Positions 9,544-15,634 of a stretch of 27,902 bases of DNA are shown here, one piece after another. Each line of letters opens with the position of its first letter. Positions within the stretch are counted from its first letter, which is position 1. This stretch comes from a virus (lineage: Duplodnaviria; Caudoviricetes): the IMG/VR virus record IMGVR_UViG_3300005077_000117, positions 1-27,902 of that record; one strand, 5' to 3'. Made by a program: the position numbers and the translations under genes. The notes under the pieces were generated by a model. The model saw only the letters and a list, made by a program, of their open reading frames with translations. It searched no databases and was not told the origin of the DNA.

Positions 9544-9549
9544 ACAAGT

Positions 9550-9606
9550 AACAGATGAGAGGGGAGCGGCACCCACCAAGCCGCCGGACCCGGACGAAAC
9601 CGGGAA
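9550..9606 (+). repeat. 57-bp structured leader repeat, copy 1
   Basis: Identical to 10137-10193. Hairpins GCGGC/GCCGC and CCCGG/CCGGG; followed by RBS and ATG. Confidence 0.95.
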
Positions 9607-9621
9607 AAAGGGAGAAAGACC

Positions 9622-9849
9622 ATGGTAGTTATCAGGGAAACAAGCACCGGCCGCGAGGAGTGGTTGGTGGGCGCCTGGCATAACCAGGGCACCATAAATT
9701 TTATATCGGGTCAGGGGCACACCTCCCTTGACCATGATTCTGGGATAGCCTGGGATTGGCCCCAGGCTACCATTAACTCCTGGGACGATGTGTCCCAAGA
9801 GTCATACGACATCTTACCCGTCCCCAGCGGATGGGAGGTTGTCGCATGA
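9622..9849 (+). CDS. Small acidic Trp-rich hypothetical protein (anti-defence candidate)
   Basis: 75 aa; GGGAG RBS; first gene behind the promoter and repeat. Confidence 0.7.
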   Translation: MVVIRETSTGREEWLVGAWHNQGTINFISGQGHTSLDHDSGIAWDWPQATINSWDDVSQESYDILPVPSGWEVVA

Positions 9850-10049
9850 CTACCAGCCACCCCACCATCAGGGCCGCCGTCAACGCGGCGGCTTCCCTCA
9901 ACTCCTCCCGGCACGTAATTTGCCGGGATGGCAACGAGTACGTCCTGAGCACCGGCGAAGACTTCGCCCGTGCTCTGAACAAATATCTCCGCTCCCTCAG
10001 CGCGAGGGAACGGGAAATCGTCGAACGGCATTACTCCATGATGGGGTGA
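9846..10049 (+). CDS. Small hypothetical protein
   Basis: 67 aa MTTSHPTIRAAV...; ATGA coupling and GGAGG RBS. Confidence 0.7.
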   Translation: MTTSHPTIRAAVNAAASLNSSRHVICRDGNEYVLSTGEDFARALNKYLRSLSAREREIVERHYSMMG

Positions 10050-10136
10050 TGCCGTTTTTTTGCCCCGGCCTGGGCAAGCCGCGAAACTGCCCGCCACTAA
10101 ACACCGGACCCGGGAAGATGGGAGGAACGAGGATGA

Positions 10137-10193
10137 AACAGATGAGAGGGGAGCGGCACCCACCAAGCCGCCGGACCCGGACGAAACCGGGAA
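10137..10193 (+). repeat. 57-bp structured leader repeat, copy 2
   Basis: Identical to 9550-9606; followed by AGGAGG and ATG at 10210. Confidence 0.95.
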
Positions 10194-10209
10194 GACAGGA
10201 GGGAAAAAG

Positions 10210-10677
10210 ATGGAAAGGATTCTGAACCTGACGCAGCACCCGGCCAGCGCCGACCAGATCGCGGCCGGCGTGGTTGACCTGACCAACGATCTCGCCGCCC
10301 TCAAGGCGGCCCTGACGTTCGGCGAACTGCCGAACGCGCAGGAGATTCGCAACAGGGTGCGCAAGATCGCCGACCTGGCCGTAGCCAGCGGCATTCGCAC
10401 CGCCATGATCGGAGGTGCGCCATGGCTCATGGGGCCATTGGCTGCAAAGTTAAGTCAAAGGGGCATTACGCCCCTGTTTGCTTTCTCCGTCCGCGAGACG
10501 GAGGAGCAGGCTCAAGCGGACGGCAGCGTCCGCAAGGTGGCGGTTTTCCGCCATGCAGGGTTTATCCCTGCTGTAGTCGATCCCACAAAAGAGATTTCCA
10601 AGCAGGACGCGACCTGCCTCTTGCTTGATTGGGGGTATAGCCCTAAAGACATAACTGCCATGCTAAGGAATGCTTAA
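10210..10677 (+). CDS. Csx20/Csx15-like Rossmann-type protein, candidate ring nuclease or cOA sponge
   Basis: 155 aa: ILNLTQHPASADQ ... AMIGGAP ... GITPLFAFSVRETEE..DGSVRKVAVFRHAGF. This parallels the recalled Csx20 pattern (SH.LT.EQ; LIQGD; PIYATT.R..E...G...K..F.H..F). Confidence 0.6.
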   Translation: MERILNLTQHPASADQIAAGVVDLTNDLAALKAALTFGELPNAQEIRNRVRKIADLAVASGIRTAMIGGAPWLMGPLAAKLSQRGITPLFAFSVRETEEQAQADGSVRKVAVFRHAGFIPAVVDPTKEISKQDATCLLLDWGYSPKDITAMLRNA

Positions 10678-10727
10678 GATGGCAGCTACTGGCTGCACAC
10701 AAAATGCGATAAATGCGGAGAACCTGA

Positions 10728-11234
10728 ATGATATCAAAAAAGCCAAAACCCACCGGCCACCAGGGCCGGGTGGTCTCGATCTACCTGTACCATGACCTGG
10801 CCGAACGCCTGGCCAGCTACCTCGACGAACCGTCGGGCCGTGGCGGCATGGGCGTGGTGCTGCAACACATGGCCGACCAGTACCTGGAAATAATCTCCAG
10901 GAACATGCCCGAGTTCTCAGAAAACGAGTGGTCGGCCATCCTCGACGCCAACAACGGCGGCGGAGCGCTGTGGCTGTACGGACCCGGCGACCAGGTCAGC
11001 ATCGGCGTCACCGGCCTCTGGGCCAACGTCGCCGACTCGCCAGAGATGGACGAAAAATGGAACATCAGCACCCAGACCCTGGCCACCCGCCTGCGGGATC
11101 TGCCCTACGCCGCCCAGGTGGCGGCGATGGACGTTGTCACCAAGTTCTGGTGCAGCCCCGATCTCAACAACATCAGCACCCCCGACCTGCTGCGCCGCTG
11201 CGGGGCGAAAATCACCCCCCAGGTGGCACCATGA
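10728..11234 (+). CDS. Putative ribbon-helix-helix regulator with helical C-terminal domain
   Basis: 168 aa; N-terminal RVVSIYL strand followed by two helices; GGAG RBS. Confidence 0.5.
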   Translation: MISKKPKPTGHQGRVVSIYLYHDLAERLASYLDEPSGRGGMGVVLQHMADQYLEIISRNMPEFSENEWSAILDANNGGGALWLYGPGDQVSIGVTGLWANVADSPEMDEKWNISTQTLATRLRDLPYAAQVAAMDVVTKFWCSPDLNNISTPDLLRRCGAKITPQVAP

Positions 11235-11410
11235 AGGCCCTCACCGTGCGCCAGCCCTGGGCGCACCATATCGCCCAGGGCCTGAAAACCATCGAGGTGC
11301 GCAGCTGGCGCACCTCGTATCGCGGCCCCCTGCTCATCACCGCCCTGGCCATCAATGGCCGCCTCTCCCTCTGGTCGCCGCCACCGGAAATTCTCCAGGC
11401 CCTCGGCTAA
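11231..11410 (+). pseudogene. ASCH-domain protein, internally shortened (59 aa)
   Basis: The ASCH N-terminus MKALTVRQPWA..IAQGLKTIEVRSWRTSYRGPLLITA is joined directly to the C-terminal INGRLSLW motif. Confidence 0.75.
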
Positions 11411-11418
11411 GACCCACC

Positions 11419-11449
11419 GCCCCGGCTACCCGGCCGGGGCATCTTTTTT
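11419..11449 (+). terminator. Rho-independent terminator of the moron
   Basis: GCCCCGGC-TACCCG-GCCGGGGC followed by ATCTTTTTT, just after the last plus-strand stop. Confidence 0.8.
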
Positions 11450-11612
11450 CAGCCGCCCCAACGGCCCGCGCCGCAAATTTTCCAGCAGATAGGCCCACTC
11501 CACAAACTGCTCCGTCACCGGCACCCCCAGCGCCGCCGGACTTGGTCCGACCACGCAGGGCCGCCGCACGCGCAACGCGCTGCTTGCGAGTCGTCTGCTT
11601 CGCCATTCGCCA

Positions 11613-11834
11613 TCACCTCCTTTTCCCTCGTAAGGGTTTTTCCACCGACGCCGGGGCATCCCCGGCGCCCTCAACCATGCGCCGCCGCCACTCGTCAATC
11701 GACTCGGTGGTGCTCTCCCATATTCCCACCAGCTTGACCGCCGGGAAATCAAAGTCCCGGATCAGGGCCAGCACCGTGGCGTCACTGCGGCGGACATACT
11801 CGGTGATCTCTTTCATTCCCAGAAGTGCAGCCAT
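11613..11834 (-). CDS. Small AlpA/excisionase-like HTH DNA-binding protein (possible late regulator)
   Basis: MAALLGMKEITEYVRRSDATVLALIRDFDFPAVKLVGIW; TGATG coupling to the terminase stop. Confidence 0.7.
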   Translation of the reverse strand: MAALLGMKEITEYVRRSDATVLALIRDFDFPAVKLVGIWESTTESIDEWRRRMVEGAGDAPASVEKPLRGKRR

Positions 11835-13753
11835 CACCACCTCGATTGCGTTGATTTTTTTTGTTCGGCCGCGTCGGCCTGCCGCGCCGGCCGCTTCTCC
11901 CCGGGTCGCCGCGGCAACCGGCTCTTGACCATGTGCCGCAGGGCCAGGGCATAGTTGGTGCAGTCCCAGTAGTCGTTGCGCTGCCGCCGATCGTGCACCC
12001 AGCCGCCGTCCGGGGTCTTTTTCTCCGCCGTGAAGTGGGCGGCGAAATGCTCGTCGATCCCGGCATGGAACGACAGCGCGCCGGCGTCGTCCGGCTCCAT
12101 GGCCAGCAGCCGTTCCAGCTGGTCTTTGAAATCGTCCACGCGGATGTTCACCCGCGTCAGGCCCCCCTTGATGGCCCGCGACGTACCCGGCAGGGTGACG
12201 ATGGACCGATAGGACACGATCTCACCGGCGCCGCCGGCCACGCCCTTGTGCGGCATCATTGTTCGGTGGCGGCTGCACCACTCATAGACCTCCACCGTCC
12301 GGCTGTGTTTCTTCCAACCGGCGCGGGTGCCGCCGCTGTCGATCAGCCCGGCGCGGATATGGTAGGGGTGGCCCGCGTGGTCCAGCCATTCGCGCTCCAG
12401 CAGGCCCTCCAGGTCGGCAAACGTCTGCACCTGGCCATGGCGCATCATGTGCAGCGCCGCCCCCGGCGCGTAGCCGCAGGCCCACACCTCGTAGTAGAAC
12501 GACACCTGCTGCGTATCCACCAGCAGCCACACCATGGCCGTGTCCGGCGGCACCAGGTTGCGCGGCCGGTCCGACGCGCGAAACCGCAGCAGCCCGGCCG
12601 AGGTCACCGCCACCACCGCGCGCTCCGGCACGTCCTCGGCCTCGATGCCGTGGTGCCAGGCGGACTCGTCGGCGGGCAGTCCGCTTTGTTTCCGCAACCA
12701 GGCGCGGGCAATCTCCAAGAGCGGCACGTCCAGGCAGTCCCAGGCGCGGTGATGCACCCCCACCAGGTCCGGCTTGGCCACCTCGGCGCCGCGAATGCAG
12801 ACCCAGCCTCCGGACAGCCGCGCCAGTTGCAGGTCCTGTTCGCCCCACAGCCCGCCGCACTCCGGGCAGGCCACCTGCACCGCCCGCGCCGGCAGGGTCT
12901 CCGGCTCGGCGCCCTCCGGCACCACCAGGTGATCCCCCGTCGGCCGCACCATGCCGCCGCAGTGGGGACACCACAAGCGATGCTCCCACACCTGCGCGCA
13001 GGCCATGGTGTGGCGATAGATGAACCGGTTCTGCGGGGTGCTGCAGAAAAAGGCCTTGCCCAGGCCGCGATAGGTCCGCAGCCGCTTCAATATCTGCCGC
13101 ACCGGGTCCGTGGCGGTGCCGCCGGTGGCGGGGAACTGATCGATCTCGTCGGCAAAAATGTACTTGGCGCTGTAGGTGGCCATGCTCACATTGCTGTTGG
13201 CCCAGGCGGTATGTATGGTCACCCCGTTGGCCAGCACCATGCGCCGCTGGCTTTCGTCGTCGTGCCGCCGCGACAGATAGCGTTGCAGCCGCGGCGAGGC
13301 GTGCAGCATGGGCCGTATCTTGCCCGCCGCCACCTTGTCCGCCGTGTGCTCGGTGGGCATCACGTAGAAAATATCGCCCGGCGCGCAGTCGATGCCCCAG
13401 CCCATGGCGTTCAGCATGGTGTTGGTCTTGCCGCTCTGGTCCACGCCGCAGAACCACAGCTGCTGCACCCAGGGCTGGCCGTACAGTTCCAGGATTTTTT
13501 TCGTGTGCGGGGCATACTCGTAACGCCACGGCCCCACATGCGCCCCATCGGTGACCACGCGATGCAGCGGCGCCCACAGCTCGGCCGGGGTCCGCCGCGG
13601 CTGCCGCGCCCGCAGCCGCACCGCCCGCCCCGGCCGCCTCAACGACACCGAGTTCCCGCCCAGCCGCTCTGCCAGCCAGGAGGGCAACCCCGGCACCAGC
13701 GGCACCAGCCGCCGGCAGAGGGTGGGTTGGATAGCTGATTCAGCCAGATTCAT
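11834..13753 (-). CDS. Terminase large subunit, lambda GpA family
   Basis: Walker A DQSGKT, Walker B IFADEID, coupling motif CSTP, CPHC/CPEC zinc motif, nuclease motifs VDTQ and IDSGG, C-terminal NDYWDC. Confidence 0.95.
   Translation of the reverse strand: MNLAESAIQPTLCRRLVPLVPGLPSWLAERLGGNSVSLRRPGRAVRLRARQPRRTPAELWAPLHRVVTDGAHVGPWRYEYAPHTKKILELYGQPWVQQLWFCGVDQSGKTNTMLNAMGWGIDCAPGDIFYVMPTEHTADKVAAGKIRPMLHASPRLQRYLSRRHDDESQRRMVLANGVTIHTAWANSNVSMATYSAKYIFADEIDQFPATGGTATDPVRQILKRLRTYRGLGKAFFCSTPQNRFIYRHTMACAQVWEHRLWCPHCGGMVRPTGDHLVVPEGAEPETLPARAVQVACPECGGLWGEQDLQLARLSGGWVCIRGAEVAKPDLVGVHHRAWDCLDVPLLEIARAWLRKQSGLPADESAWHHGIEAEDVPERAVVAVTSAGLLRFRASDRPRNLVPPDTAMVWLLVDTQQVSFYYEVWACGYAPGAALHMMRHGQVQTFADLEGLLEREWLDHAGHPYHIRAGLIDSGGTRAGWKKHSRTVEVYEWCSRHRTMMPHKGVAGGAGEIVSYRSIVTLPGTSRAIKGGLTRVNIRVDDFKDQLERLLAMEPDDAGALSFHAGIDEHFAAHFTAEKKTPDGGWVHDRRQRNDYWDCTNYALALRHMVKSRLPRRPGEKRPARQADAAEQKKSTQSRW
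13664..13732. repeat. 69-bp direct repeat, copy A (inside terminase 5' end)
   Basis: Exact match to 15551-15619; encodes IQPTLCRRLVPLVPGLPSWLAER. Confidence 0.95.
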
Positions 13754-13773
13754 CACCGGCAATCTCCCAGAAC

Positions 13774-13826
13774 AAAAAAAAGGCCCCGCCTCCACTGGAT
13801 ACAATCCAGTAAAGAAGCTGGGCCTT
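13774..13826 (-). terminator. Long-stem terminator just upstream of the terminase start
   Basis: AAGGCCC..ACTGGAT-TGT-ATCCAGT..GGGCC followed by TTTTTTTT on the minus strand. Confidence 0.8.
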
Positions 13827-13881
13827 ACGGCACAGCTCAACACACGGGTCGCACAGGGCCGCTACGCGGCACGGTGCTTAT

Positions 13882-13989
13882 TTAGTTTTTTCGACTGCTT
13901 GTCTTTCCGATCCCGAATTCCTTCTCCAGCAGCGCGACAAACATCTTCGCCACCTGATAGAGAATTCGAACCAGCACGTTTTCGGTCAC
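13882..13989 (-). CDS. 35-aa amphipathic peptide (not in ORF track)
   Basis: AAGGAG RBS then GTG: MTENVLVRILYQVAKMFVALLEKEFGIGKTSSRKN*. Confidence 0.5.
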   Translation of the reverse strand: MTENVLVRILYQVAKMFVALLEKEFGIGKTSSRKN

Positions 13990-13990
13990 G

Positions 13991-14073
13991 CTGTCTCCTT
14001 GCTGAAAAAAACCTTGCCTTGTGAGGACGCTACTGGCCTGGCCTTGAGTCGCCATGACATGCGATGTATTCCG
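13991..14073 (-). ncRNA. Second, degenerate pentamer unit with conserved 3' tail (candidate guide RNA 2)
   Basis: Minus strand: CGGAA TACAT CGCAT GTCAT GGCGA CTCAA GGCCA GGCCA GTAGC GTCCT CACAA GGCAA GGTTTTTTTCAGCAAGGAGACAG. The tail matches 14634-14666 apart from one extra T. Confidence 0.55.
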
Positions 14074-14631
14074 TCAGCACATCAACAGTTCCTTGACGGC
14101 AAACTTCCCGTAATAGCCGTTGTTTCTCGGGCGAAACCGACCGATGCCGATAATCTCCCCCGCCATGACCAGGTGGTCGTGCAACACATTTTCTGTAATA
14201 ATTTCATCAAATATCCGAAACGTCACCTCACCGGACCACTGGTGGATGATGGGAAAGCACTTCACCACCCGCTTGCCGCCGCCGCGCCGACCGTCGGAGG
14301 GCACGAAGAGCAACTCGCTGTCCACCTCGTCCTTCTTGATCGGCAAGACCAATTCTGACGTCACCATCACCCCCGCCTCGATATGCTTGGTGTAGGTCGC
14401 CTTTCCCCCTCCAGGAATCTTCATTGACAGGTACCGCGCCGCGTCCGACAGGCAATTCTTGAACGCCATCGGCGGGATGAAGATATAGCCATCCTTGTTG
14501 GCCCAGCACCGTTCCCGCCAGGTACGGTCCTCGTAGTCACGCTGTATCTCGCGCTCCAGTTTCGGCACATCGTAGAACCTGCTCTGACTGTACGCACTCA
14601 TCGATTCAAGCCGCGCGATTGCTGTCTTCAT
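14074..14631 (-). CDS. Stand-alone Cas7/RAMP-like RNA-binding protein (Vipr-like)
   Basis: 185 aa from MKTAIARL with AAGGAG RBS. RAMP-like motifs GYIFIPPMAFKNCLSDAA and RVVKCFPIIHQWSGEVTFRI, plus a C-terminal Gly-rich loop AGEIIGIGRFRPRNNGYYGKFAV. The 328-aa track ORF is an artefactual extension through the repeat. Confidence 0.8.
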   Translation of the reverse strand: MKTAIARLESMSAYSQSRFYDVPKLEREIQRDYEDRTWRERCWANKDGYIFIPPMAFKNCLSDAARYLSMKIPGGGKATYTKHIEAGVMVTSELVLPIKKDEVDSELLFVPSDGRRGGGKRVVKCFPIIHQWSGEVTFRIFDEIITENVLHDHLVMAGEIIGIGRFRPRNNGYYGKFAVKELLMC

Positions 14632-14633
14632 TT

Positions 14634-14815
14634 CTGTCTCCTTGCTGAAAAAACCTTGCCTTGTGATGCCCCGCCTCGCCTTGCCATGCCCTGCCTTGCC
14701 AGGCCCCGCCTTGCCTCGCCTTGCCATGCCTTGCCTCGCCTCGCCGTGCCACGCCCCGCCAAGCCCCGCCGCGCCCTGCCCCGCCCTGCCATGCCCTGCC
14801 GCGCCAAGCCCTGCC
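14634..14815 (-). ncRNA. GGC-NN pentamer array (30 uninterrupted units, 14666-14815) plus conserved 3' tail; candidate guide RNA
   Basis: Invariant GGC every 5 nt with variable dinucleotides; intergenic, directly upstream of the RAMP-like gene. Confidence 0.85.
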
Positions 14816-14842
14816 GAGGACAAAAAATATATCAACCAACCA

Positions 14843-15358
14843 TCATCCCTGTTCTTTTTCCAGGCCATCGCCGGACAGCGCCTCAAAGCACACCCCAACC
14901 GGCAGCGGGCTGGCGCAGTTGCTGATACAGCGCGCGGCAACGGCCTTGCGTGACGGCGCCGTGCAGGCGTGGTGCAGCGCTTGCAGCATGGACCCCACCA
15001 GGTTGTGCTGGCGACGATCCTCATGCGACAGCGAATTGTAGTCCGTCGCCGCCAGCACACTCATTCCCCGGAATGACACCCGCCGATTCTTGTCGATGTG
15101 CCCGTCCGCGTGGTGTAATTTTTCCCGCTCCGTCATGCGGTACAGCCCTGTGTTCTTGATCACGCCGAAGATAATGCCGCGATCAGCCTGCAAGCGTCCG
15201 CGCGCACTGCGCAGTGACGACGTGGAGCTGTCCACCCGGCGGCCAATGACCCGGCCTATTTCCGCATACGTCACCTGACCCGAGACCTCGACATGCGACA
15301 GCAGCTCCATGATGGCCAGCATGTCCATTTTGTCGCGTTTCGTGAAATCAACCTCCAT
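14843..15358 (-). CDS. Putative winged-HTH protein associated with the RAMP/pentamer locus
   Basis: About 171 aa with VTYAEIGRVIGRRV..LRSARGRL...GIIFGVIKNTGLYRM. GGAGGT RBS before ATG 15358; alternative start at 15370. Confidence 0.65.
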   Translation of the reverse strand: MEVDFTKRDKMDMLAIMELLSHVEVSGQVTYAEIGRVIGRRVDSSTSSLRSARGRLQADRGIIFGVIKNTGLYRMTEREKLHHADGHIDKNRRVSFRGMSVLAATDYNSLSHEDRRQHNLVGSMLQALHHACTAPSRKAVAARCISNCASPLPVGVCFEALSGDGLEKEQG

Positions 15359-15386
15359 GATCACCTCCATGATGCAAACACCTCAT

Positions 15387-15545
15387 TCACCACCCCAGAG
15401 CCACGCGCGCCCGCTTGGTGGCGCACGGCACGCACTTGCAGCGCTCAACCATCCCCGCTTGGCACGATGCGCGCATCGCGTGCGCGGCCAACAGGTCGGT
15501 AAGCGCCTCAACCAGCAGAGCCTCGCGTTTCTGGTAGTCGCTCAT
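15387..15545 (-). CDS. Small Cys-containing hypothetical protein
   Basis: 52 aa MSDYQKREALL...CKCVPC; ATGA-coupled to the terminase remnant. Confidence 0.45.
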   Translation of the reverse strand: MSDYQKREALLVEALTDLLAAHAMRASCQAGMVERCKCVPCATKRARVALGW

Positions 15546-15634
15546 CTCGCCCGCTCTGCCAGCCAGGAGGGCAACCCCGGCACCAGCGGCACCAGCCGCC
15601 GGCAGAGGGTGGGTTGGATGGTGGCGTGGCTCAT
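15542..15634 (-). pseudogene. Orphan terminase N-terminal remnant containing 69-bp repeat copy B (15551-15619)
   Basis: MSHATIQPTLCRRLVPLVPGLPSWLAERAR*, coupled by ATGA to the methyltransferase stop. Confidence 0.8.

Noticed and set aside
9550-9606. Hammerhead ribozyme or solitary CRISPR repeat (Racr) in the 57-bp repeat
   Set aside because: CAGATGAG...CGAAAC resembles the hammerhead core but lacks CUGA and the flanking stems. GAGAGGGGA resembles some type III repeats but lacks the pairing CCCC arm.
11352-11613. Minus-strand small ORFs after the HTH gene (MAKQTTRK... or MANGEADD...)
   Set aside because: An RBS is present, but I cannot choose a frame. The longer ORF runs through the moron terminator and the ASCH gene.
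14666-14815. Canonical CRISPR array or simple microsatellite
   Set aside because: There are no 25-40 bp repeats with spacers, and the unit variation is confined to two positions rather than showing slippage-type homogeneity.
14074-15060. 328-aa ORF and other ORFs spanning the pentamer array
   Set aside because: GGCNN repeats are nearly stop-free and give low-complexity translations. The RBS-supported start is 14631, and the extension overlaps the upstream gene.
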